Shown here piece after piece: positions 1-12,763 of a stretch of DNA of 64,000 bases (the first letter of the stretch is position 1; each line of letters starts with the position of its first letter). Origin of the DNA: Entomortierella parvispora E1425 (lineage: Eukaryota; Fungi; Mortierellomycota); contig BQFW01000008.1 in NCBI GenBank assembly GCA_020891255.1, positions 1,054,001-1,118,000 of the forward strand, given 5' to 3'. Made by a program: the position numbers and the translations under genes. The notes beneath the pieces were generated by a model. It was not told the origin of the DNA. It worked only from the letters and a program-made list of their open reading frames with translations, and made no database searches.

Positions 1-389
1 GTTGCTGCTTGTCTTTACTTCGATGAGCGAGTTTCTTTTGTTGCACTCTGTATAGTCGGTGTGTTGTCGGTGGTGGCTGCTTGAGGCTTGGCTGGAAAGA
101 TGAACGGTGGAAGAATGATTGAAAAAGGAAAGGAAGGAAGAGAGAGGGAGGATAAAGGATTTGACCCACGGGGCACGAGACGCGAATCTGAACTTTTGTG
201 CCCAATCCAATCAGCACTGCTCTATATTTTCAGTGTGGTCACAGTTGGATTGCGTTGCTCTTGGGCACCCTTTTTTCTTCTCGTTGTATGCGGATACAAA
301 AAATAATAATGCGAGATCAAGATCAAACCATTCAAAGAGTCAGCTTATTCTTTTTAATTGACAACTATAGACAGCGAATCATCCTAACT

Positions 390-2040
390 TTAGTTGTTGG
401 CAGCACGACGACGATCGCGCTCCTCGGCAATGGTCAAAGCGACACCCTTGCCCTTGGGGAGGGAGATCCAGGGCTTGTTGCCCTCACCAATGACGAAAAC
501 GTTGGAGAGACGGGTGGCGAACTGGCGGTCGAGGACATCCTTGATGTGGACGATGTCGAAACCTCCGACGTGACGCTCACGGTGGGTGATGACACCGACA
601 CGGCCAGTGTTACGACCTCCGGTGACCATGGCAACGTTACCGACCTCGAACTTGACGAACTCGTTGAACTTGCCAGTCTCCAAGTCGAGCTTGACGGTGT
701 CGTTGACCTTGATCAAGGGATCGGGGTAACGAAGGGTGCGGCCATCGTGGGTGACAACGAAGGGGATGCCCTTGGCACCGAGCTGAACCTTCTTGACCTT
801 GCACAACTTGTACTTGGCCTCCTCGGCAGTGATACGGTGGACGGTGAAGCGACCCTTGGTATCGTAGACGAGACGGAAGTTCTCACCGGTCTTCTCAATG
901 GAGATAGCATCCATGAATCCAGCGGGGAAGGTGGAATCAGTGCGGACCTTGCCATCAACCTTGACGAGACGCTGCATAAGGATGGACTGAACCTCCTTAC
1001 CGTTGAGTGCGTACTTCAGACGGTTGCGCATCAAGATGACCAAAGGCAAGCACTCACGGAGCTTGTGAGGACCAGCAGTGGGGCGGGGGGCCTACATAGA
1101 TCAAAAGAACGACGTTGAACTGGTTGAGTATATGAAGCTGAAGATGTACAGGACACTGGAAAGGTATTTTCATAAAAGTAAGGTTCTTTGGTGTCGTCGT
1201 TGATAGCATCGAGGTTGTAAAGATCATCATCCTGTTCTGATATTGCTGAGTGGCATAAAAAAAACACCAACAAGGAAGTCGTGGAGCCAACGATAGCGAA
1301 GGTCGTGCAATCATCAATAGTTTCCAGGGCTCTGTATAGATGTCCAGTTGGAGGTCCATATCCAATCTCATTGTTGTATCCGTGTTCGTTCAGTGTAAGT
1401 TTCCAGACAAATAAGTAGGGCAGTCAAAAACATACATAGGTGCCGGTAAGCTTGTCAAGCATCCAGTGCTTGGGGGCGTTAAGACGCTTCAAGTGCTTCT
1501 TGGGTCCACGAGCCTAGATTGTCCATCAAGAGTAACAAGGCGATATAACAGTTAGGTGATGTCTCTCATCTTTCCCAGATTTCATTCCTCTTTGCGTTGA
1601 CGACTCCATGAGTAACTCCAGATCCAGTGTCTGCAAAAAAAAAAAAAGTCCTGCTGAGCATGAGCCGGATTTCACTCCTTGGAGAGATCAAAATCTACGT
1701 GCCGACAACAGTCTCTATTGCGACGGTCCTGCCAAAACATTGTTTGGTGGACTGTAGACTGAAGAACTGGATGATCGCATCTACAATGGGTCTATCGAGG
1801 TAATCGCCCATGTGTTGGAATCTAGTGCTGGAATCTGGTGCTGGAATCTGATGCAAGATGAGATCTCTGTTCCGTCCGAAATCAAAGTCATCCAGAAAAA
1901 GTAGCAGGGGTTGGGCTTGCGGGTAGTCTCCACTGCTGTCCTGATTGATGGATCGATGGATCGATGGATCGATGTCCTTGAGGCGATGATGGATGCATGG
2001 CCAATTGGTTTCTGTGACAGCAGCTCAGCAGTCATACCAT
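390..2040 (-). CDS. RPS4: 40S ribosomal protein S4 (eS4); exons 2038-2040 (ATG only), 1436-1513, 390-1091
   Basis: Spliced translation [56 protein letters not shown]...WISLPKGKG...AANN* is unmistakable eS4. GTATG donors and YAG acceptors keep the frame. Confidence 0.98.
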
Positions 2041-2332
2041 TTTGAGAATAGTTAGAAAGGAGGAAAAATGTAACGTGGTTCCAGCACCAGCAATATCCAT
2101 TAATTTAATTAAGGGGCCCTGGCTGATTTGAACACAGAGAAACCCGAGGGTTCTTCTGCACAAGTCCTTGGTGATCCTTTCTTTGCCTTTTGCAAACGAA
2201 AGAGGATGGCATATGGTGGTTCTCGAAAAAATTGGTTCATCATGTACAGGATTTATTAGTTGTAGTGTAAGAGTGGTAGTGCCAGAGGAGGGTGGTATAC
2301 AGGGTGGTAGATTACAGGGGACTACTTTGAAT

Positions 2333-3785
2333 TTAGTGTAGACGGACAGTTCCAGCTCGGAGTCGCTGCTCTTCAGTCAGGGCCGCCCTCCACTCGCCAT
2401 TCCAGCTGGACCTGAGGTTTTCAGCACCCCACCGTTCAGCCATTTCCGCCTGAATCATGTCCTCGACCAAGGTAATCTCACCCTCAAAAATCTCTTTGGT
2501 GATACCTTGGAAGCTGTGATCATAGGCAAAAAAGTTCGTCTTCATCTTGAACGTTTCGAGGTTGGGGAAGAGCTTAAGAAGGGCTCCGAACCCAGGGAGC
2601 GTCAGCGGGGTTGAAGTGTACTTTGTAATTGTCAAGTGACGAACAGACGCACCAGGGAGAGCCTTGGGAGGAGCTACAGCGGTAACTGAGTCGTTGGCAG
2701 CACCAAAGTAAGCCTGATGGTGTGCGAAGGGATGACCAAGAGGAGAGTTCACAGCTCGTTCCATTGAACTGGCTTCAAGCTGCTTGACTCGAAGCATCAT
2801 CTGGCGGACGTTATCATTGGTGAGGCAGGACAGATCCAAAAGCTCAAGGGACTCTATCTTGCCACAATCGAGCAAGAACCAAAGGCCTTCCATGCTGACC
2901 TCCTTAGTACCCATGGAAGGCGATTGGTAAGGAGCCAGGGTGATGGACCGAAGATCTTCCCAACCGGTCATCATTCGACGGAGGACTGTGTCCGAGATGG
3001 CGTGTTGACCTTGGAAGCTCTTGATGTTTGGGCAAGCTGCCGTGATGGCGCTGACAATCTCTGGCGCCACGAACCCTCCGTCCCTGTTGGCGTCGTACAG
3101 GAGATGCTCCAAATGACGACCGTGGCGAACAATGCAGAAAATAAGCTCGGTCATTTCCAGATCCAGGTAGTTGTCCTGGATTTCCAGGCACTTGATCGAG
3201 TCCTGACTCTTTTCCATCAAGTGAACCAGGGCACGAGAAAATTCGTGGTGTAGAGTAAAACCGAGTTTACGGTATTCTTCACGACGCCGAGGAAGTGTGA
3301 ATGAGGTGATATGGGAGTACAGCGAGTGCATTCCAGGTTGCTGTGGGAAATGGTGCATGATGGCCGAGTTTTGGACTGGGACCGTGGTCTTCGAGATAAA
3401 AGACGAGTAGCAATTGGCAATCCTGAGGGTCCGGATACGAGGAGCAAGACGGCAGAGCTGTTGCATGCAGAGAACCAGAGTGTTGAACTCCATGTACTCC
3501 AGTGAAATATGAGTGTAGAGAGAGGGGTCTGTCAGGATCCGGTGCCATGCATGGCAAGTTCTAAAAGGATATCAAAAGACCATCAACAACTGCCTCCAAT
3601 AACAAACTCAGGTACAGGCACAGTGTCATGGGGTGGATATGAACATACGCTGCTGCGCGGAACTTTTCATCGAGGGACAGGTAGCCAAAGATGTCGAGCC
3701 AAATACTCTCGGGCAGGTCAGACGAAGCTGTTGGCGCGGGAGCAATGAAACTGAGGTTCATACTTGAAGGTGAACAGGGAATCAT
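2333..3785 (-). CDS. F-box protein with C-terminal LRR/RNI-like region; exons 3649-3785, 2333-3560
   Basis: Joining GTATGT..TTTTAG gives LPESIWLDIFGYLSLDEKFRAAATCHAWHRILTDPSLY, a classic F-box. It is followed by LxxL-type repeats (IRTLRI, IKCLEI, LEHLLY, IESLEL, LETFKM). Confidence 0.88.
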
Positions 3786-3913
3786 TGTGGTTGGAGTGTT
3801 TATTTGAAGTGAGCAAAGAAAGCAAGGCGAGAAAGAACGAGAAAAAAAAGAGAGGGGAGATAAGGACAAAAGAGAGACGACAAGAGTGCCGTTTCGTAAG
3901 GCACCCCAGAGGT

Positions 3914-3920
3914 ATTTATA
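3914..3920 (-). promoter_or_regulatory. TATA box (TATAAAT) of the F-box gene
   Basis: TATAAAT lies about 130 nt upstream of the ATG and is followed by a pyrimidine-rich leader on the minus strand. Confidence 0.4.
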
Positions 3921-5018
3921 TGGCGGCAACGGCCAGCGTGGAGTCCAGAGTGGAACATCGCTTGTTTGTTCGAGGGCAAAGAGGTGGAGCAACAAAAAGT
4001 CAGTTGGCCAGCTGCCCTTAGGCCGGTTTATCCTGTTTCAGGCTCATTCAGTTCTTCTGAATGTCTCTGTGTGGTGTGGGCCTTCGCCCTCGATCCTCTC
4101 CTCTCCTCTCTTCCCATCCATCCCCTCCGACTACTTGTCTTCTCTCTCCCTCGGCGTTCTCCCCATTCCAGCTCTGCGCAGGCTGTCTCCTCGGCGCCGA
4201 TCTCTGCGGAGGCGACTGCAGACGAAAAGCTTGGTCTTCAACCCTATTCTATGTTGTTTCTAAAGATTGGGTCTAGCCGACCCGCACGACCCAAATGGCA
4301 GCCATGGCGCACCAGCACAACTTCTAATTGACAATCACACATAAATTTACAATAAGACGGTACCAATTGAATCGAGCTGTCAATCTCTTTGGCTGGAGCC
4401 GCCGGGATCTGTAGACGCGGATTCAGACCTTTTTTTTAAAACCGTCAAAGTAAACACCTTAACAAACAGGAGGATTTCACCCCCCCTTGACACCCGCGCA
4501 AGCCCTTGCTGAGTACTTCTCTCTGTCCTTGAGTTGGGGGAGGAGTGACCTCTCGTTGTTGGTCCGTGTTTCGCATCCTCATTTCATTTTTTTTTAGTGT
4601 TTTTGCCTTTTGGTATTGTAATTCGCCCCCGATTGCCCGATTGCTCTCCAGTGACTTCAATTCAATAAACGAAGCTTTTCACAGGGGACCAGGGAACTTC
4701 TTTTCTTTCAGACGGCAGCAGATCGGGGAGCAAACAGCAAACGGTGCCTGGCCAAACGTTGTGATGAAGTCAAAACATAAGCGTACGTGAGAAACAGATC
4801 TAAGTGTTTCGCCCCGATTCACGAAACTTGAAAACGGCCAAGTGCAAAAGGACAATGACGCTGTATGTCTCTCTATGGTCGCATTGGCCTGCCCCCAACT
4901 ATGTCAGTAGATTCTTAATCCTCCCCACGCAGACATAGTTCCCCAGGGTACCCCATAGTTCCCTGGCAATTCGCACCATGCGGTTCTTTATAGTGAGTGA
5001 ACTGTGGCGTCTACAGGT

Positions 5019-7186
5019 CTACAGTGAATGGGTTCTATTTTCGGTATCTTCGCCTCCACTTTTGCAGTGAGAGAGTCCGTAGCGCAAGGAAAGTCTATCC
5101 TCAATGCTCATCTGACTCGGGTATTCTTGTTGCTGCCGTTGCTGCTGTTGCTGCTCCTGCTGTTGATAGTGGTGAGCTACAGGTTCGGTTAGGACTTGAT
5201 CAAATCCATGGAAAAAAAACGTCTCCTCTTCTGGAGTGCCTGCCATTCCCGAGAGGTTGCCCTGCGTATCAGTATCAGAGTCGGTACTAGATTCTTGTCC
5301 TACACCTCTACCACCTGTTTTCTCGGCTCGCGCTCTACACTGGACAGAACATGCGACCCACTCCAATGGCACAATCCGCTCATCCATAACGCCTACATCT
5401 TTCCATCGCATGCCCTCAAAATAGAGACGTTTGCGACATACGGAGCAATGGTCGCTTTGCATCTCTCGCTCCGCCAAGGTCAACCTCAACGTGCCTTGGG
5501 CTCTTTCCTCGGGTGTTGTCAAATGATTGCCATGGTGTGCCAGGTCGTCCTCACTGCCCATCGACTCGCTCGCAAGAGGGTCATGTTGGTCTATTATATC
5601 TTGCAATCCAAGAATCTCGACCGCCCACTGTGGCATCATGGCAACAGAACACTCTCCATCTCCCGCTTTCAAGCTGCATGGCCTCTCAGTTCCACTGCCA
5701 CTACCAGAGATAGCATCCTTGCTTCGAGCACCTTTAGTCGTGCATCCTCTTCCACGGCAAAAGTAATGGGGTTCCTTATGCAATCTCTCACCGGCAATCT
5801 GCGAGCAAATATCGGCCAAGGAGAGGGTCCATGAGCATGACGTGTAGCTGTCCTTGACGTAATCCGCGCGATCAACCAAATGTCCTGGTTGTTGTTGTAT
5901 CCGTAGCGACGTGTCTTTAGAGTGACGTGGATGCTGGTGGGATGGCCCGTTGGGTGAAAATGGAGCTGGCTGAGGAGCAGCCCAGCGAACACCAATACCT
6001 GTGACGCCTGGTTCTGTCCTGGAGAGACTATCAAAGCTATTCTTTCCAGATGTATGTTTTTCGTTCGGTGAATCCAATATGACCGAGTGGAGATATAGAG
6101 TTGTTGATGTTCCAACATTTGAAGGGTCAATGACGGAAGTGGGTGCGTTCGAGGACGACCATGGGACACCAACTTGCCAAAATCGGTTACCTCGAGCCCA
6201 GCACTTCATCCCTTGCCTGATCTGGACATAGTCGTCATCATCATGACCTCCAGCCTCGTCATGCTCTGCCGCCTCAAGACTCTGGGGTGAGCTAGATCCA
6301 TGAGCCACTCCTAGTCCAATACTATGGATATCCTGAGACACAGATGCGCCTGGTGAATCCGGTGCTTCTTCGTCTCTACTCCGTTGCGGTGAACAGGACT
6401 CGGCGACCAAACGCTGAACCTCGACTGGTATGCAGCGGAGCCGATTATCAGCCAGATCCAGCAATCGAAGTCGTTTCAGGCGCCCCAATTGTTGTGGGAG
6501 ATACTCCAGATGGTTGGACTGTAAAAAAAGTTCCCGTAACGTTGGCGCCAGCATGCCAATTAGTCCAGAGATTTCCGTAAGTAAATTCTGGGATACATCC
6601 AATTCCTGCAACGATACAAGTCGAAAGATTTGAGGCGGTAGCTCTGTCAGCCGATTGCCTTGGAGTCGGAGAGACACAAGCCGGGACAGATGGGGGAGAG
6701 AAGATGTTGCTATTGACTGGGGGGGGGGGGGTATCGATCAATACATAAAGTTAGAAAGAACCATCGTGGAAAAAGATTGATCGAGGACATTAGACGCGAA
6801 TTTGAAGTGTTTACCAAGGAGGTAATGCGCAGCCGTGCTAGGTGCACTATTCCTCGGTCAGACTCAGATACACGAGTCAATCGCTGTATCCGGGAGGAGT
6901 CCTTTTGATGGGCCCCATCGCCCTGGCAATTCTCAGTGGGTTCTGCGATCGGTCTATCTGATAGATATTTTGTAGATCCCGTACGCTGTCGATGTAAAAT
7001 GGTGTGTGACGATGTAAAGCCGCTGGTGCCATGAGTAGGAAGATAATATAGGGTAACATCGTGTTGTTCAGAGTATGCGGCTAGGTCGAGAATGACTTTC
7101 ACCGAGGGCTGAATGCTGCCGGATGGAGTCCCGGTGGTTGCTCTTCGCCTGTTCTTCGGCCGCATCGGATGGAACATGACCGTCAT
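5019..7186 (-). CDS. Leucine-rich repeat protein with C-terminal Cys motif (LRRC58/LRRC28-like); exons 6815-7186, 5019-6716
   Basis: Tandem LRRs (LRLQGNRLTELP, LDVSQNLLTEI, LFLQSNHLEYLP, LDLADNRLRCIP) and a phase-0 GTAAAC..CAG intron. The C-terminus has SLADICSQIA and CSVC..PLEWVACSVQC. The start codon is uncertain. Confidence 0.8.
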
Positions 7187-7450
7187 GAATCGCAGTAATA
7201 GCTAATGCGCGAATGAATCGGGAGAGTTGAGGTCCCGTGGCGTCAATGAAGAGCAGGCTGGTCAGGTTGGAATGATGGGATCGGTAGGGGTGATGTGCAG
7301 AGAGTGAGAGCATGCTCGAGCCAGCCGTTGGAACATGGAAAAAAAGGTGACTGCGATCAGCCGACTCATGCAGTTTGGCGGCGCGCGAGTGGTCTGTGAA
7401 ACGCAGGAGAAAAAGAATATTTGAATATTTTATTTCAAAATGACATTGCC

Positions 7451-10429
7451 TCAGGACACAGGCACTGCTTGGCGTGGCATGTTTTGGTAGTGTCCCAGCG
7501 GGACATCGTCTCCTTCCTCATCCGTGCTCTGGAGGGACACCCTCGATTCTTTATCATGTTTTGACACGGATGACTTCTGCTCTTGTGACTTGGAGCGGCG
7601 TTGCTTTCGCTGTTGTCGCTTTTGTTGCTGTTGTTGCTGTTGCTGTAACTGCTGTTCTAGTAGTTGTTGCTGTTGGAGGTCTGCCTGCTGCTGTAGTAAC
7701 TGCTGTTGTTGAATCACCCCAAGGTACCAGAACATCATGTTGGAGATCAACACTTGTTCATGTAGAGGTCGTCGCGGGTTGGCTAACTTCACATGCGATA
7801 GCCTGTAGATAGCCCTCTCAATATGGATCGGCAGGCGATTGTAGTTGCTGTACTTGGGCCTATCATTCGCGAATCCCTGCCCAGAGTATCCATTCACTGT
7901 TACCGACTGGTTGTTTTCCGCTGTTGTGGCCTGGGTCTTGGACGTCGATTTACCATTTCTGGAGAACAGCATGGAAAGCGTAGACTGTTTCTTAACCGTA
8001 ATTTCAGCAGGGTTGAGCATTTGGGTATTGGTATCGATGCTGGAGGCTGCTGGTGTGGTTGTTTGCTGCTTGGCTGTGGATGTGGGAGTTGACCAAGCGC
8101 CTTGACCGTTGGGATCCATGGACTTCTCAGCACCCTTTTCTTTACCCCAGAGCCAAGACCAAGTTGACGGTTTTTTGCTATGGGCTGAGACTCCTTGCGG
8201 ACTAACTGTACCTGGCTGCTTATTCTTGTTCGCAACTTGACCTGGTTGCATTGGCGTGGGAGGACTTGGCTGGGATGATGGCTGTTGTAGTAGGTTTTGC
8301 GTCAGCTTTACAGGAGGTGGTATAGGGTAGCTGACGGCAAAGTTCTCCTGCCTTTCGCGACGGTCGTTCTCAATAGTTTCCTCTAGTAATGATACAGCAG
8401 TCGTGTTTTCCAGCTTTCCAGGAGCACTGATCCTGAACGACGGAGTTGATTCCTCGTCATCTTTGTTTTCAGAGGAATCTTCGGCCTCCCTTCGCTGCTG
8501 TTCCAATAGATGGGGCTCCAGATACGTCGTGATTGTCGGCTTGGAGGAGTCTCTCAACGTTGACACGAATCGCTTCAGAGGCTGATTGCTGGTATCTCGA
8601 GTTCCCTCAACGCCATCGGTGCTAGTGGATGCTGGGTCTTCACCCTCAGGCGCAGGCCGTGGGGTCGGACCATTATCGACAAGCTTAACGGCTGGGTATT
8701 CTCCGTTTGCGTTAACGGTTTGTCGCAGTCGAGACACATCATTCCTGGTGTCGTTAGAGGCGGTGGAGTTCCTTCGGATCTTTGTCCTTGCACTTCTTCT
8801 CAGTAGAGAGAGTCCTCCTCTCTCAAGACCTCCCGGTCGTTTCACGGTAGTGATGTCCTCGTCCATCACATCCGCTGGAAAGTGGTCCTCTGTTGCGTCA
8901 CGATGGAATGGAGGGAATGTTAGTTATAGTACCATGAGGCATTATTTTTAAGGACGAATGTGAGTGTAAGAGCAAAAGATAAGGATTTCAACTTACTTGT
9001 TGGCGATGAGACAGACAATGATACACTGCGTCTCAGCGATGTTTTTGTTTTCAGTGGTGGCTCGCCCATCTGCTCCAAAGGCGCCGAAAACACTCCAGAG
9101 AGGAAGTCATGCTCCCCAGTTTCTTCCACAATATTTTCTGGGACACTAGGTGGTTCGTCTTGATCGTCTTCTGGATTGTACTGAGCAGAGAGAACAGATT
9201 TTCGGCGTGAAATGGAGGGGCTTCTAGAGGAGACAACGCCATCTGTATCGGTCGACTCCACGCCGTGCTTTAACAACCATTTGTTGTATTCGTTTGGCGC
9301 GATCTCAGGATGAAGATGAAAAGGAACCTAGTGATGCCAGGTGGGGTTAGAAATCGCAGCACCCAAATGAGGAGGGTCGGTCGCAGTCAGAGGTTTTGAA
9401 CATACCCAAAACAAGTGAGAAGGATCCTCAGTTTCAATCTGAACCTCCTTCATGTCTTCTTGTCCATCCGAGCCGATTGATGACGACGCCTCGGCCTCAG
9501 GTCCATCCTGAGATATGATGATATGCTCCCCTAGAAACATGCTTTGACGCTTTGACTGCGAAACTGAACGTCGAATTACCGGAGGAGACAGGCTGGCAAG
9601 GGAAACGTCGGGGTCCTGGTGAATGTCGTTCCTGAAGGTAGAGGGTAGGTCGGAAGTCGTCGTGGGTGAAGGAGACAAGGACGAGGACGAGGACGCAGAG
9701 GAAGTCGAGGAGAGCATTGAGCGATTAGAATCGATGCGGTTTGCTCCTGTTGTTGTGGTCGAGGTATCGATAGGCGTCAGAGTTCCATTATCCGACAGAG
9801 CGCCAGCGCTGATGTCGCTAGACGGGTCACTTGGCTCCGATCGTGTGATGTCGGAGCCGTTTTCAGATTCCGGGTCCATGGGCCCAGATGACTAGGGAGA
9901 TGTGAAGGTTTGTTAATTGCGGTCGAGGCTAGTTGGACAAATATATAAAGGAGGGTCAAACAGCCAGCTTTCCCCTGTGGGCTCCCATTTGGTGCACTCT
10001 TGTTCACAATGGATGGATCCTTTTGTTTGTGCCTGTTCCCATTCTCATCCACAAGAGTCGGCTGTTCTTGTTGTTCCCCCTTCCCCTTTCTCTGGGTCTC
10101 TTCAGTTATACCCAGTCTCCTTCACCCTCGCCGGCCTTTTGTTGGGTCCCATCCTCATTCCCGAATGCAATGGTCATATCAAGAATGAGCTGGTGGAAGT
10201 TAGTTGGGTGGTGTGTTGCGCAACAGAGCAAGTCTGTACGCCTTACCTCGTGTGCCCCTTGGACTGTACTGGATTCGAACATGAGGCCATCGAGAGCAAT
10301 TGCCTCTCGTCTGTTCCTGGCCATGCCTGTCCCCACCGATGGGTTCCTGGGACGGCTAGGGGTTAGGTCCGTCTGGGAGGTAGGAGGCAATGTCGCAAGG
10401 TGTTTGGTGTCGATGCTAGTCACATCCAT
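7451..10429 (-). CDS. ZDS1: Zds1/Zds2-like protein (PP2A-Cdc55 regulator, Zds_C domain); core exons 9406-9891, 8997-9327, 7451-8889; probable extra 5' exons 10247-10429 and 10112-10189
   Basis: Zds_C signature RLPIHIERAIYRLSHVKLANPRRPLHEQVLISNMMFWY and N-terminal motif WVPFHLHPEIAP, formed across an intron. All junctions are frame-consistent. If the extra exons are not used, the start is ATG 9879. Confidence 0.85.
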
Positions 10430-11248
10430 GTTTTGCGGTTATGGGGACTCTCCAGTCGTGCTTTATGTAGTGAGTGCTTGTTGGCTGTTGAAGGGATGGT
10501 GGATTGTTGAAGTGTTGCCGTAAGGTCTGAGAGGAACTCAATATATGAGTGAGCACAGAGTGAAGCTAAGGTGAGTGAAGTTGCGGCGGGGAAGAGCAGC
10601 GAGGGGGAAAAGGAAATAGTCACGTGGATCGGACCAACGGGGTCTGCCACCGCCATGGTCCCTCAACAACGGTGCGCTCAGGCCAGCTCAATTGCAATTA
10701 TTGTAACAGGGATAATAGACTATGGCATCGCACTGAATGATACACTCCAGTTCGCCACTTATCCTGGATGAATGTCCAGGGTAGGTGTTCCTGCAGATTT
10801 CGTTCGTTGTGGTGCCTAACTCAGTTGAGAAAGAGCTTAGAGTCGGCGACCTGCAACCGTTTGTCTCTGTACTTCAATTGGTAATGGCTTGTTGCAGCCG
10901 CAGTTGACCATGATGATATCTGTTGTCACCAAGCTCCTGTCCATTTGGTACATCCAATACCGTAGCAAAGACTCAGTGCACTCTTTTGCGTTTGTATGTT
11001 GCCTGTCTGTTGAAAAGCACCACAATGCCTAAGTAGCTGTGCAGCGGAGAAGTGGAGTGTGTCGTTGCGTCCTTCAGTTTTTTGAAAATCGCATTTTTGG
11101 TGGCCAACCCCTTAAGCCCGACGTTTGTTTTGATTTTGGGAGCCAGACTCATCCATTGCGAGGCGCTGAATGCCCTGGCTCGACATTTCACAACGGACGT
11201 GCATCTCGATTCTATCCCATCACCCTCCCATAAACTACATCCAGCATC

Positions 11249-12396
11249 ATGGCCCGCAGCACCCCCTCCACCCGTCCTGAGGTCATCCAGTCGCTCATCG
11301 ATGGTGTCGACAGATACAACCCCGACAACGTTTCCATCCTCGAGGAGTACCTTGCCACACAGTGCGCCAACAAGGAGTGCGATGCCATGGCTAACCTCGC
11401 CATCCTCAAGTTGTAAGAAACATAGAACAGATTCTTCCTCTATGGCTGGATGCCTTCGGGTGTCGGGATGTTCGTGGATTGGCGAAGCAATATCCTGCGT
11501 GCCACTTTAGGCTGTGGATGTGGATAGCTCTGCGTAGGCGTTCTTTTCAAAATGAAATTGACGCAAGGTCGCCACTTTGGAAGGCTGTCAAGATCTTGTG
11601 ACAATACTACCGCCCAACCCCTACTGAGAGGATATCTATATATTCAGCACGGCACAAGCCCATTTTCTGGACCCATTTTGACACCCTTTTAATGTCAATC
11701 TCTAGGTACCAGTTTAACGCTCATTTGACCAATGACCAGGTCGTCAACAACATCTTGGTCAAGGCTCTTACCACTCTCCCCGAGCCTGATTTCAACTTGT
11801 GCTTGTATCTCTTGAACGAGCAGATGGTCGCAGAGGAACCCGTCGTTCACTTGGTCGCTCTTCAAGATTTGATCGAGCAGGCTCGTTTCGCCGAATTCTG
11901 GAGAGTCTATGAGGGCGACGATATCTACAAGGAGTTGACGTCCGAGGTTGTTGGGTTCGAGGATTCCATTCGTGCCAGTACGACTCTATATGATTACGCT
12001 GCTATTCACCGGATTCGAGGACAAATATGGACCAGAGTCTGACTTTTGAACTATCTGCATTTTGAACCGAATAGACATTGCCAACGCCGTCGCTATGACT
12101 TTCCAGTCGATCGAGACTGAGAACTTGGGCTCATACCTCCATTTGAAGGGCCAGGCCCTCTCAGACTTTGTCAAGGCTCAAGGATGGAGCGAGGCCAATG
12201 GCGTCGTTTCTATCCCTGTGAACAAGGATAACGAGGCCAAGACCACTGTTTTGACTGAGAACATCAAGTTTGAGCGTGAGTTTTGTTTTGTTTTGTTGTT
12301 CTATTACTATATTACGAGAATACAACGACTAACTTTCTGCGTGCTTTGCTTTTGACAGAGTTGACAAAGATCATTGGCCACTCGAACGACGCATAG
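11249..12396 (+). CDS. EIF3K: Translation initiation factor eIF3 subunit K; exons 11249-11412, 11706-11977, 12075-12275, 12359-12396
   Basis: RYNPDNVSILEEY..ANLAILKLYQFN..ILVKALTTLPEPDFNLCLYLL..TENIKFEQL is eIF3k (PCI family). All introns are canonical GT-AG. Confidence 0.95.
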
Positions 12397-12763
12397 ATGG
12401 GGAACACTGTGGAATAATGAGCAGGACGAAAATAAATCAAGACTTTCAAAATTTCAATACCATCATGTTCAATTGACTGTGCAGTTATGAACCGACGGCA
12501 TCGTTTCTTTTCTCCTCAGCCGTCAGATGCAAACTGGTATAAATTTTATTATGATCCTTCGAAGAATCTCAACGAGAGCAGGTGCACTGAAGCCAGTGTG
12601 TGCGGGGCAGGGAAAAGAGATTGCAAGTCGGGTGAAACTTTTCCGAGCTCTCATCACTCAGGAACCAGTCCCTGTCCTTTTGTTGGTTCAGTGGGCTGCT
12701 ACACTCTTTTCCTTCTTTCTCTTTTCTCTTTATTCCTTCCTTTCATAACATAAAAACTTGGTC

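Noticed and set aside
198-1118. 306-aa plus-strand ORF
   Set aside because: Antisense shadow of RPS4 caused by strong codon bias; no independent protein features.
10704-10716. TAACAGGGATAAT resembling part of the I-SceI site
   Set aside because: Only a partial match with an insertion; no vector or homing-endonuclease context.
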